Below, one piece after another: positions 25,883 through 36,118 of a DNA stretch of 64,000 bases (within the stretch, counting starts at the first letter, position 1; every line of letters begins with the position of its first letter). Origin of the DNA: a virus (Duplodnaviria > Caudoviricetes); IMG/VR virus record IMGVR_UViG_3300033076_001354, positions 32,001 through 96,000 of that record, one strand, 5' to 3'. The notes below the pieces were generated by a model that saw only the letters and a program-made list of their open reading frames with translations, did no database searches and was not told where the DNA came from. The translations under genes and the position numbers were made by a program.

Positions 25883-27856
25883 ATGTCTAGGGAAGACGTT
25901 TTCAACGACCAAAAGAACACAACGAAGAACGAAACCAATCGAGAAGGCGACGGCCTGTCGGTTGGATCGGGCTGGCACACCCTCGCCGCGAACCCATATC
26001 CGGGATTCGAAGTATCGGTAAAGACCGGCGGCAAGGCGTCTGACACAACGAAGGTGTTCACCGGTCCGGGTGCCGGCATCGCGACAGGCGTTGGTAACCC
26101 AGAAGATAGCATGGGTTGGGTGACGTCTACCGGAAATAAGATCGCGATTCACGCGACACCGGGATCCGAAACAATCGAGCTCGTTCACCACTCCGGCGCG
26201 GCTATAATGATAGACGCCGACGGATCGATCTTTCTTATGCCGACCAGTAAGAAGGGCTTCGGCATGCACTCAAACAAGGGCGACGGTGTAGTCTCTGCGC
26301 AGGGAAGACTCGTGCTCAAGGGTCACTCGGACATAACGATCGAGACCGAGGGCAGCCTGACGATGAACGTCGGTCAGAATATGTTTATGAACGTTGGCGG
26401 AGACATGGTCGTCGACGTCGGTGGATCCTACTCAGAGTCGATCGACGGTGCAAAGACTACTGAAGTTGTTAAAGACTACTCGGAGACGGTCGGCGGCGTT
26501 TCACGCGAGACTGTTGCAGGTGATAAGAGAACGCAGGTCGCGGGTGAGATTCGTTTGGACGCGGGTAAATCCATCGAGTCGAGGGCTGATCACGACATCA
26601 AGCAGTACGCCTCGAAGAGCATGCTCGTCAACAGCATCGAGGATTCATTCTTTGAAGTAAGTTCAGGCAAGCTTTCACTCATATCAAACGACGACACGAC
26701 ACTCGCCTCAAAAGGCGCTTTGTATGTAACCGGTCTTCACGACGTATCCGTCGAAGCCACACAGACACTCGCGCTTCGCTCGGCCAATGCAGTATTGTCG
26801 GCAACCGACACCACATACATCGACGCTTCAAACCTCGTCGACGTTAGGTCTACCGCGACCAAGCTAAGCGCGACCGGAGAGATGAACTTCGTGTCAGGAT
26901 CCATGAAGCAGAGTTCAACGAGCACGATCGACGTCAATGCGTCGGGCGCCATCGACATGAGGGGATCGACGATCGACTTCAACAAAGCCGCCGCGTCTGC
27001 ACAGGCCGTTAGGTCCGTCGAAGTCACGACGCCTAAGTCGGTGCCTGATCCTGAGACTCCGCCGGCAGCTGAGTGGCCTCCGTCTGAGACGATCATCGAC
27101 AACATGACGACGGAGCGAGTGGCTCCAGGATTCTTCAAGAACGCGAAGAAGATGTCGCAGAACGAGATGTCGATCTATGAGAACGAGGGCGACACTCCAG
27201 ACCCGAACGCTAAGGGCGCGGCGTCTATGAACTCAGCAGGCGGATCGCCCTACAGCAGCGGCGACGGCGCGGGTGAGATCGGCGACAGCGGAAACGTTGG
27301 ATTCGACGGATCAAACAACAACTCAAAAGCCGCGAAGAGCTCGATCCCTCTTCCTGTGTCGATATACAACGGAAGCGATAAGCTCTCGAGGAACTTGAGC
27401 GTCGGCGGGTTTCCTGGACTCGGCAGCCTTCCACTCACGCAGATGGGATACAGCCGCAAGGAGATCCTTGAGAACGTTCAGCACTTGGCCTACAACATCA
27501 TCGATCCGGTGCTTGAGAAGTTTGGTGGTTCCGTTACGCTTCTTCACGGAATCAGGCTTGGACAGGGTGGATCGCGACACTACATCGGAAAGGCGATCGA
27601 CATGCGCGCGTCCAGCAGGAATCACGCACAGACGGCTGAGATCGCCAAGTGGATCGTCGAGAACCTTCCCTACGATAGGTGCTTCCTTGAAGCCAACGCT
27701 CAAGGAACGATTCACATTCACGTAGAAGCTGCACCAGCGGGCTCGAGCGGCGCTAGAACCGTTCGCACCTGTGCGGATCCAAAGTGTCAGTCGGCGGTCG
27801 GCGGACTTCAGTTGTCGTACGCACAGCAGGGTCTTAGAAAGATGGGATTCGCTTAA
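25883..27856 (+). CDS. gp5 C-terminal beta-helix spike fused to an M15-type peptidase
   Basis: IELVHHSGA, V-x-G repeats, and C-terminal SRHYIGKAIDM...HIHV. Confidence 0.8.
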   Translation: MSREDVFNDQKNTTKNETNREGDGLSVGSGWHTLAANPYPGFEVSVKTGGKASDTTKVFTGPGAGIATGVGNPEDSMGWVTSTGNKIAIHATPGSETIELVHHSGAAIMIDADGSIFLMPTSKKGFGMHSNKGDGVVSAQGRLVLKGHSDITIETEGSLTMNVGQNMFMNVGGDMVVDVGGSYSESIDGAKTTEVVKDYSETVGGVSRETVAGDKRTQVAGEIRLDAGKSIESRADHDIKQYASKSMLVNSIEDSFFEVSSGKLSLISNDDTTLASKGALYVTGLHDVSVEATQTLALRSANAVLSATDTTYIDASNLVDVRSTATKLSATGEMNFVSGSMKQSSTSTIDVNASGAIDMRGSTIDFNKAAASAQAVRSVEVTTPKSVPDPETPPAAEWPPSETIIDNMTTERVAPGFFKNAKKMSQNEMSIYENEGDTPDPNAKGAASMNSAGGSPYSSGDGAGEIGDSGNVGFDGSNNNSKAAKSSIPLPVSIYNGSDKLSRNLSVGGFPGLGSLPLTQMGYSRKEILENVQHLAYNIIDPVLEKFGGSVTLLHGIRLGQGGSRHYIGKAIDMRASSRNHAQTAEIAKWIVENLPYDRCFLEANAQGTIHIHVEAAPAGSSGARTVRTCADPKCQSAVGGLQLSYAQQGLRKMGFA

Positions 27857-29868
27857 TGTCTATAGATCCAAACACTTTAAAGAACAACAGCGACCTGCAG
27901 ACTTTAAACTCATCGGTCGCGATTCCCACCGTCGAACCGACGAACGTATCTCCATCGACGCTCGTTCAGAACTTGAATACGACCACGGCCGCGTCGACGA
28001 CCACGATCCAAGAGTTCTTGAGCGACGGCAACCTTGAGCCGCCGGCACTCACCGACGCACAGAGGGCCGCGAATAATAACAAGATAGTCGAGGGCAACCC
28101 AGCCGCACGTGAACCTCCGGTAAATTCTTCGGGCGCAACTACGATAACGAAAGACACCGCCGCGTTGAAGCAGAAGGGCGACCTACACGAAGACGGCGCT
28201 TCAGGCGATCAAGACTTAAAGAAAGCCGGTGAAGCGTTTAAGTCGGCCGTCAACACGGCGGCTGGTCTCAACGTTGCTGGTCTCGCGCTCAAAGCACTTC
28301 AACCGAACAGCCGTCCGCGCGATCCGGTAAACAACTACTACCTGACGAACTCAGAGAAGAGCTTACTTGAAAAGAGGGCAGGAGAGCTCGCGGCTCCGGG
28401 AATAGTTCCGTACGACGCGCTTGAAGAATTCTTATACGTACTCTGCACGATCAGCGAATACGAAGACCTGCGCTACATATCAAACGTAGTGGGGATTCCT
28501 GAGCTTGACGACAGGAACATGGTTAGGAATCCATCAAAGATTCTAAACATGCGCGAACTGTATAAGATAGGCTACTTGGCGAACGGCGTCTGCGCGCTTA
28601 CCAAGCAGTTTAGCACGAGCTACTACAACGCGTCTTATGCCGGTGATACTTCTTCAAGCTCGTTTGGATCACTGCTCTCCGTAGCTTCTTTCTCAAGCTC
28701 ACCGCTGGGTTCACTGTCAAACGTCATAGGAATCGCCGCGGCGGTTGAATCACTGGGATTGAGTGGAACCGAAGCTACCGCGGCCGCTGCGGCGTTGACT
28801 GCGGCCTCTTCTATCCAACAGTATCCCGGTGTCAATACAGTCAGCGGATTCATGGATTCAATACTGAGTCAGCTCAGCTTAACACAGTCTTTGGTCGCAC
28901 CGTTTGGAACTCCATCTGGCTACGGCGGGGCGAGCGGACAGATCGCGCAGCTTCCGACGGTTGAGTCTCAGTTGACTTCAGTCGCGACTGAGGCTGAGAA
29001 CACGAGCATGGAGATCGCGAGGCAGAACATAGCTTCGCTCGCGCCGGTCGCAGCTTCACTGCTGACTCTGTCTAAGAAGACTAAGAACGGATTGAACTAC
29101 GTCAATCAACTCTCACCGGTCGGATCCGTGGCTTCGACTTCGGCAAAAGCCGGCGACATCTTGGGTCAGCTTGGAAACGTTAAAGACATCGTCGACGCTC
29201 TGGTGAACGACGCTTCTGGCATCGCGTCGACACTCGGCGGTATAAGCGGTCCCGGAAATATATCGGGCCCAGCGTCTATCCTTCAGAAAGTAGGCGGCTT
29301 CGCGACTTCGGGCGTACTAGCAAACTTGGTTCTCGGTCAACAGCTTCCAACTTCTGTGATCTGCAGGAATCCTATGATGCAACCGCCTTCGTACGCCGGA
29401 AGGGCGTTCTTTGGCGAGGGCATGACTCCGAGGATGTCTGTCGACCAGATGTTCTGCAGGCGCATCGCCACGTTCCCAACCAACCCAGCGGGTTCCGGAT
29501 TGATGTCGTTTCAGATGCAGAACTTTGGGTCTTACGGCGGTGGCATGAGCATCACAAACATGCTGTCGCTGGCGACTCTAGGCGTCGCGACCGCTCCCAC
29601 TTCAGGCGCCTTAGGTACGCAGATCGCGACGATGGCGGCTTCCGTAGCAAGCATCATGGGCGGATCACCGACCTCGATCGTCGACGCAAGAAGAAGCGAC
29701 AACGCGATCCCGTTCATGATCGCCTCTTCATCTGCGATGGTCAACGACACGAAGTGTCCGTTCTCAACATCGGTGTTCTCATCGGGCTGGAGACACGCGT
29801 GCTCGGTCGGAAACGAAGTCCAGAAATACAATCCCCTATTCTTAGCGACGGCCATCAGTAGTCTATAA
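27856..29868 (+). CDS. Ser/Ala/Gly-rich virion protein of unknown function
   Basis: 670 aa ORF between gp5 and gp25. Confidence 0.7.
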   Translation: MSIDPNTLKNNSDLQTLNSSVAIPTVEPTNVSPSTLVQNLNTTTAASTTTIQEFLSDGNLEPPALTDAQRAANNNKIVEGNPAAREPPVNSSGATTITKDTAALKQKGDLHEDGASGDQDLKKAGEAFKSAVNTAAGLNVAGLALKALQPNSRPRDPVNNYYLTNSEKSLLEKRAGELAAPGIVPYDALEEFLYVLCTISEYEDLRYISNVVGIPELDDRNMVRNPSKILNMRELYKIGYLANGVCALTKQFSTSYYNASYAGDTSSSSFGSLLSVASFSSSPLGSLSNVIGIAAAVESLGLSGTEATAAAAALTAASSIQQYPGVNTVSGFMDSILSQLSLTQSLVAPFGTPSGYGGASGQIAQLPTVESQLTSVATEAENTSMEIARQNIASLAPVAASLLTLSKKTKNGLNYVNQLSPVGSVASTSAKAGDILGQLGNVKDIVDALVNDASGIASTLGGISGPGNISGPASILQKVGGFATSGVLANLVLGQQLPTSVICRNPMMQPPSYAGRAFFGEGMTPRMSVDQMFCRRIATFPTNPAGSGLMSFQMQNFGSYGGGMSITNMLSLATLGVATAPTSGALGTQIATMAASVASIMGGSPTSIVDARRSDNAIPFMIASSSAMVNDTKCPFSTSVFSSGWRHACSVGNEVQKYNPLFLATAISSL

Positions 29869-29871
29869 ATA
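29864..29871 (+). promoter_or_regulatory. T4 late promoter
   Basis: TATAAATA just before gp25. Confidence 0.7.
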
Positions 29872-29876
29872 CATCT

Positions 29877-30281
29877 ATGACCATACAGACCACCCGCACA
29901 GAGTCAAGATACACCGACATCTACACTAACTTGGACGCGCATCCGGTTAGAAAGGACATCTTTGTACTCAGCGACGCCGACGCGGTAAAGACTTCCATAA
30001 AGAACATACTGTTCACCGATAGGTTCGAGCGATTCTTTAATCCCCTCTTTGGGTCGAACATAAAGAGATCGCTTTTTGAGAACATGACGCCCAGCACCGA
30101 GATGGACGTTCGCATGTTCGTCGAGACGGCCATAAGAAACTTTGAGCCTAGGGTCGACTACTTAGAAGTATACGTCAACGCGATTCCCGACGAGAACGGA
30201 TACTACTTGAAAGTCATATTCTCGATAGTCAATAATCCACAGCTGGAAACTTTAAACTTAATTCTTAACAGAGTAAGATAA
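29877..30281 (+). CDS. 25: Baseplate wedge gp25
   Basis: AVKTSIKNILFT, ERFFNPLFGS and NFEPRV. Confidence 0.93.
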   Translation: MTIQTTRTESRYTDIYTNLDAHPVRKDIFVLSDADAVKTSIKNILFTDRFERFFNPLFGSNIKRSLFENMTPSTEMDVRMFVETAIRNFEPRVDYLEVYVNAIPDENGYYLKVIFSIVNNPQLETLNLILNRVR

Positions 30282-32089
30282 TGGCAAACAACTTCCTCAC
30301 CACTACCGAGCTGGACTTTGCCAGCCTTAAGAATAGTTTGAAGGCCTATCTGTCCGGTCAGACGAGATTCTCAGACTACGACTTCGACGGCTCAAACATG
30401 AGCGTCCTTCTCGACCTGTTGACGTACAACACATACCTCAACAACTTCTACCTGAACATGGTCGGAAGCGAGATGTTCCTCGACAGCGCGCAGCTTCGTG
30501 AGTCGATCGTCTCACACTCGAAAGAACTCAACTACATCCCTAGGTCAAAGACCTCGGCGAAAGCGATAGTCAACATAACGATCGTCCCGACCGGAACACC
30601 TACGTTTGTAACCATCCCTAAGTTCTATAAGATGTCGACTTCGATCGACAACACGACGTTCACGTTCTCGACCGACTCAGACCACATCGTCTATCCGGGA
30701 ACCAACGGGTACGTCGCATCGAACGTAGAAATCTACGAGGGATCCGTGGTGACCGAGTACTTCACCGCGTCGAACACCGCTAAGTACGTGCTGCAGTCTG
30801 AGAACGTCGATACTAACTCAATCGACGTCACCGTGATCAATTCACAGTATGACAGCGCGAACTCAACTTGGCTCAAGGCAGACAACCTCTATGGTCTGAC
30901 TTCAACGTCGAACGTGTACTTCGTTCAGGGCTACGGTTCAAATCAATACGAGCTCGCTTTTGGCAACGACGTCACGGGCAAAGCTTTGGTCGCGGGCAAC
31001 ATCGTCAAGGTGAGGTACAGGGACACCCTCGGTGAGCTCGGCAACGGTGCATATAGGTTCTCTAAGGGAACGGCGATCGACGGTTACTCAAACATCACGA
31101 TCAGCACGGTGACGACTGCGACAGAGGGATCCGAGAGGGAGTCGAACGACTCAATCAAGTTCAATGCGACTAGGTTCTTCACGACGCAGGAGAGGGCGGT
31201 CACCTCTCTCGACTACGCGAACTTGGCTAAGGCGCGCTTCCCACAGCTTCAGTCGGTCATAGCATACGGTGGCGAGGACATGACTCCTCCACAGTACGGT
31301 AAAGTCGCGGTGTCAGTCAAGCCGTTCGGCACGTCGGGATCCATATCACAAAGCTTGAAGACGAGCATCATCAACTACTTGAATACGAAGAACATCACGA
31401 CTCAGGCAGTCATCGTAGATCCCGAGTACTTCTACGTAAAGGTAGACGCCACCGTCAACTACAACACCTCGGCGACCAACATAAGCAGCGGTCAAGTTTC
31501 TTCGCTCGTCAGAAGCGCGATCATAAACTTCGCGAACACGAACCTTGTTGACTTCGGCGACGACCTGCGCTACTCAAAGCTCGTTGGAGTCATCGACGCC
31601 AGCGAGGGTTCGATCATATCGAACGAGACTGAGCTCAAGATCATCAAGCGCTGGAGCCCGACGGCCGGAGCCGACAGCACCCTCACTTTCAACTTCGACA
31701 ACCAGCTCTACTCTGAGACTGTGTTGTATGAGCTTCCGCAGGGTCACGAGCAGATCGTATATTCGAGCAGCTTCACGTACACCCACACCGACGGAGACGA
31801 CTACGACGCGTACATCGGCGACAACGGTCTAGGCGTTCTCAACATCTATACGAATCAAAACACCTCCAGCGGTCTGGTTCGAACCATCCTTTCTGCGGCG
31901 ATAGGCACGGTTGACTACGCGACCGGTGAAGTCAACTTCACGACGAACATAAAGTCTTACACCGGCAACTACATCTCGATCTACGGTAAACCTAAGAACA
32001 AAGACATCTACGCCGTACAGAATAAGTTTCTCTTGATCGAGTCGTCGGACGTCACGGTCTCGCTCGTTCCATTCGTCGGTAACAACTAA
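30281..32089 (+). CDS. 6: Baseplate wedge gp6
   Basis: LDFASLKNSL, DYDFDGS, EMFLDSAQLRES, QERAVTSLDY and PPQYGKV. Confidence 0.95.
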   Translation: MANNFLTTTELDFASLKNSLKAYLSGQTRFSDYDFDGSNMSVLLDLLTYNTYLNNFYLNMVGSEMFLDSAQLRESIVSHSKELNYIPRSKTSAKAIVNITIVPTGTPTFVTIPKFYKMSTSIDNTTFTFSTDSDHIVYPGTNGYVASNVEIYEGSVVTEYFTASNTAKYVLQSENVDTNSIDVTVINSQYDSANSTWLKADNLYGLTSTSNVYFVQGYGSNQYELAFGNDVTGKALVAGNIVKVRYRDTLGELGNGAYRFSKGTAIDGYSNITISTVTTATEGSERESNDSIKFNATRFFTTQERAVTSLDYANLAKARFPQLQSVIAYGGEDMTPPQYGKVAVSVKPFGTSGSISQSLKTSIINYLNTKNITTQAVIVDPEYFYVKVDATVNYNTSATNISSGQVSSLVRSAIINFANTNLVDFGDDLRYSKLVGVIDASEGSIISNETELKIIKRWSPTAGADSTLTFNFDNQLYSETVLYELPQGHEQIVYSSSFTYTHTDGDDYDAYIGDNGLGVLNIYTNQNTSSGLVRTILSAAIGTVDYATGEVNFTTNIKSYTGNYISIYGKPKNKDIYAVQNKFLLIESSDVTVSLVPFVGNN

Positions 32090-34050
32090 TGCTTCCTACC
32101 ATTGAGAACATATCGAATCTAGTCGAGAATCAGTTCCCAAGCTTCTACAAAGAAGAGGGACCGAAGTTCATCGCGTTCGTCAAAGCCTACTACGAGTGGC
32201 TCGAAGAGACTGGAAAGACGAATGATCTCGGCAGGAACCTGTTCTCATTGAGAGACGTCGACTCAACGACGACGCAGTTCTTAGATGAATTCCGGAAGAA
32301 GTACCAGTACGTAATTCCAAAGAACATTCCCGGTGATACGCGATTCTTACAGAAGCACATCCTCGACCTCTACAGGGCGAAGGGATCGATCGACGGACTC
32401 AAGCTCTTCTTCAGGCTCCTCTACAACGAAGACATCGACGTCTACATCCCATCATACGACATCCTCAAGCCGTCCGACGGTAAGTGGATCGAGCGGAAGT
32501 ACATCGAGGGATCGTACAGCGACTACAACCAATTCTTTGAAAACAAAGCGATAACGGGTTCTCAGTCGGGCGCGACCGCTTACGTTGAAGCTTACGTCAA
32601 GAACTTCATCAACGGTCGCGTGATCCACTTGTTCTTCTTGAGCGATATTCGCGGATCATTCGTCGTCGGTGAAAGGATAGCCTACGACGGTCTCGACTTC
32701 AACTTGGCTCCTAAGATTCAAGGATCGCCGGTTACCATCGACGTAACCGGCACTACTCCGAACAACGCGACGGGCGACACCCTGCTTCCGTCGGCCGCTA
32801 ACGGATCCGGCGTTGGACTCAAGACGCTCGCGTCTTCCGTGCGAATCGCGGGCTCGGCAAACGCCACGATCGACTTTAAGATCGTCGATGGGGGTTCTGG
32901 ATACACTACTTCACCAAGCATCACGATCTCCACTGGATCCAACACGACTGGTACGGGCGCAACGTTCTCAGGCGTCATACTGAGCAACGTCTCAAGCTTC
33001 TCGTACTCCTTGAGCTACATAAACAACCTAATCAACAGGATCGCCAACCAGTCGTTCAACGCTTTAACTTCTGTCGCGAATACGACTGAATACATCTCAT
33101 TCGCGAACAACACCTACGCCAACGGTGACTACGTTCAATACACGGCTGCGGCTGGAAACACCGCGCTCTCGGGATTATCGAACGGAAGCTACTACTTCGT
33201 CCGCGGCGCGAACTCAACCGCTCTCCAGCTCGCGGCCGGCAACACGATAACCTACAACACAAGTCCATTGAACTTGACGGCCGGTGCCAGTGAAACCGGT
33301 CACTACCTTTCTTTGGTCCCCATCACCAATCTTGCGATCAACGCGGTCACCTACGGTTCGACGCTCAACAACGCCTCGCTCAGCACCGTTCTCGACACCG
33401 CCTTGACGAGCCAAACCATATCCATCGGTAAGATCTCTCAGTTGACCGGAATCAACTTAGGTTCTGGATACGACGGGTACGTAAACATTCAGGTCACCGA
33501 GCCTAAGCTAGCGGGCTACGGGATACCTGATGGTTCGGGCGGTGTGGTCGGCAACAACGCCGTCGTCACAGGCAACGTCGTCTTGGGCACGGGTCTCGTG
33601 CAAAACGTCGTCGTTAAAAACTCAGGCTACGGCTACCATACGCTCGGTGAACCAATACAGCTCTTCAACTCCACGCAGTCGAACACGAATCAGATCACTC
33701 AGGGAACCATCAACCTAGGTGCGGTCGGCTTCAGTGAGGGTTTCTGGCAAGGAACACAGAGCTTCCTCGACAGCAATAAATACATTCAGGACAGTCACTT
33801 CTATCAAGAATACTCTTACGAAATCAAATTCGTAAAGTCGATCCATAAATACATTGATATTCTAAGAGAACTGGTGCATCCTACAGGAAACAAAGTATTT
33901 GGTAAAACCCTAATAACGGCAAAGAACGATGAACAGCAGGTCGACATTGACAACACCTTCAGTCTGTACAGGATTCTCGGCTCCGCTCTATCACCAACCA
34001 CGAACACGTCAGTCGATGTGTTTACTCTCAACGTTTCAAGGCTAGTGTAA
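32089..34050 (+). CDS. Baseplate wedge protein (gp7-like)
   Basis: FVKAYYEWLE, LYRAKGS, IQDSHFYQEYSY and LVHPTG. Confidence 0.8.
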   Translation: MLPTIENISNLVENQFPSFYKEEGPKFIAFVKAYYEWLEETGKTNDLGRNLFSLRDVDSTTTQFLDEFRKKYQYVIPKNIPGDTRFLQKHILDLYRAKGSIDGLKLFFRLLYNEDIDVYIPSYDILKPSDGKWIERKYIEGSYSDYNQFFENKAITGSQSGATAYVEAYVKNFINGRVIHLFFLSDIRGSFVVGERIAYDGLDFNLAPKIQGSPVTIDVTGTTPNNATGDTLLPSAANGSGVGLKTLASSVRIAGSANATIDFKIVDGGSGYTTSPSITISTGSNTTGTGATFSGVILSNVSSFSYSLSYINNLINRIANQSFNALTSVANTTEYISFANNTYANGDYVQYTAAAGNTALSGLSNGSYYFVRGANSTALQLAAGNTITYNTSPLNLTAGASETGHYLSLVPITNLAINAVTYGSTLNNASLSTVLDTALTSQTISIGKISQLTGINLGSGYDGYVNIQVTEPKLAGYGIPDGSGGVVGNNAVVTGNVVLGTGLVQNVVVKNSGYGYHTLGEPIQLFNSTQSNTNQITQGTINLGAVGFSEGFWQGTQSFLDSNKYIQDSHFYQEYSYEIKFVKSIHKYIDILRELVHPTGNKVFGKTLITAKNDEQQVDIDNTFSLYRILGSALSPTTNTSVDVFTLNVSRLV

Positions 34051-34051
34051 T

Positions 34052-36118
34052 ATGCCATCGACTTATACATTTACCGCGGGCCAGATCCTCACCGCCGCTG
34101 ACTTAAACGCTAAGTTCGCACAGACCGCAGTCGACGCGGCGAACTCTTCAGTGGCAAACACCGGCACACTCGCCGAAGCAAGGCTTCCGTACCGGATGAA
34201 CCAGAACGTCCGAACGACCGACAGCGTTCAGTTCGTCGATGGTGTGTTCACAGGCAACCTTACGATCTCCGGCACCACAACTTACGTAAACACCAGCGTT
34301 CTTGACATCAAAGACAAGAACATTACTCTCGCCAAGGGATCGGCGAACAGCTCAGCCGCAAACGGTGCCGGATTCAACATCGAGGGTGCTAGCGTAAACT
34401 TCACCTACGACGACAGCAGCAACATGATGATCCTTGATCACCTGTTGAGCATAGGCAATAGCACAGTCAACGCGGTCTTTGGATACAACGCATCGCAGCT
34501 TTCAGGCGGTCAGTTCATAGGTAACGTCAACAACTACTTCCAAGTCATCGCGACGAACGCGAATAATGGCACCAGCGCTTCTGGCGACTACGTTGTTGCG
34601 GATGACCAAGGTGTAGGTAGCAATAGCTACGTTGATATGGGCATCAACAGCACCCAATGGTCGAACACACAATGGACCATCAACGGGCCGTCGGACTCAT
34701 ACCTCTACTCGCATGGCGGCGCGCTGGCCATAGGTACGGCTGAGAACTACCACACAAACTTCTTCGCGAATGGTACCCTCGCCAACAACGAGGCGATGAG
34801 GATCGATTCAGGCGCGAACGTCAACATCGGCAATACGAAAGCCGGCGCGACTTCTTTGACGATCGGTAACACGACTGTCAACACCGTCATCAACTCATCT
34901 TCTTTCAACATAAACACGGTCTTTACGGCGAACTCAACGGTAGTCAACGCGGTGTCTTATCGCGTAAACACTCAGTTCATAGCCAACTCAACCGGTGTCT
35001 ATTCTACCGGAACGGTCAACGCCAACGCATTCATGACCACGACGGTCACTGTAAACACTTTGGCGATCGCGGTCGGCTCGAACGTAACGATCAACACTAC
35101 TTCTTACAAAGTAGGCAACTCGACGGTATATGCAAACGTCGTTGCCGGTGAGTTGACCCTCTCGTCGAACAGCACGAACTCAGCTCTCATCAATTCAACT
35201 TCATTTACCGGAACTGCAAACAACGCTTCGTACCTCGCGAACGTAGCAGCAGCGGTCTACGTGCAGAACACCGACTCAAGGACCCTCTCCGGAAACTTAG
35301 CTTTCTCGGGTGCGAACGTCTACTACAGCTCGGGATTGTTCGTAGGAACTAAGCTCGTCGTAAACACCAGCACGTTCTTCGTGGGTAACTCAACGGTCAA
35401 CACGATCACTACGGAAGGTCAGATCTCACTCTCCGGCCAAACGATCAACTCGACGGCGTACACCGGTCTTTCTTATACTGCGAACAACTCATCTTACTTA
35501 GGTGGAATCGCCGCGGCGAACTACGTTGCAAACACCGGCTCCGGCTTGATTGCAAACAGCACGGGTACATTCATCAACCCGAACACCGGCATCGTGGCGA
35601 ACAGCACCGGCGTGTTCGTGAACTCCTCGTACATCGCGACGATCTCATCGAACAACGCCTCTTACTTAGGTGGCGTCGCGGCAGCGAGCTACGTCAACAC
35701 CACTGGAGCCTACACCATCTCCGGCGTGCACACCCACTCCGCGAACATGGTCTTCAGCAACGGCAACGTGATCATAGCGAACGGTGGGTTCGGTACCAAT
35801 ACACAGGTCTTGATCTCCAACGGAACCTCGATGTACTGGGGAACGTTCTCTGCGAACGACGCAGTCTCGCTGGGAGGTGTCAACGCCGCCGCCTACGTGG
35901 TCAACACAGATTCTAGAACTCTGTCGGGCAACTTAGTTCTTTCCGGCGCGAACGTCACAGTAACCGGAAACATGAGATTCGCCAATGGGTCGCAGCTCAT
36001 CGCTAACAACGGGTTCGGTACGGCCGGTCAAGTTCTCGTATCCAACGGAACGAGCATGTATTGGGGTGCCGGCGGCATCACTGTCTACTACGCTAACGGA
36101 ACGCAGGCGTATCCATAA
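34052..36118 (+). CDS. Asn/Thr/Ser-rich fibre protein
   Basis: GNLTISGTTTYVNT...DKNITL fibre motif; NNASYLGG repeats. Confidence 0.8.
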   Translation: MPSTYTFTAGQILTAADLNAKFAQTAVDAANSSVANTGTLAEARLPYRMNQNVRTTDSVQFVDGVFTGNLTISGTTTYVNTSVLDIKDKNITLAKGSANSSAANGAGFNIEGASVNFTYDDSSNMMILDHLLSIGNSTVNAVFGYNASQLSGGQFIGNVNNYFQVIATNANNGTSASGDYVVADDQGVGSNSYVDMGINSTQWSNTQWTINGPSDSYLYSHGGALAIGTAENYHTNFFANGTLANNEAMRIDSGANVNIGNTKAGATSLTIGNTTVNTVINSSSFNINTVFTANSTVVNAVSYRVNTQFIANSTGVYSTGTVNANAFMTTTVTVNTLAIAVGSNVTINTTSYKVGNSTVYANVVAGELTLSSNSTNSALINSTSFTGTANNASYLANVAAAVYVQNTDSRTLSGNLAFSGANVYYSSGLFVGTKLVVNTSTFFVGNSTVNTITTEGQISLSGQTINSTAYTGLSYTANNSSYLGGIAAANYVANTGSGLIANSTGTFINPNTGIVANSTGVFVNSSYIATISSNNASYLGGVAAASYVNTTGAYTISGVHTHSANMVFSNGNVIIANGGFGTNTQVLISNGTSMYWGTFSANDAVSLGGVNAAAYVVNTDSRTLSGNLVLSGANVTVTGNMRFANGSQLIANNGFGTAGQVLVSNGTSMYWGAGGITVYYANGTQAYP

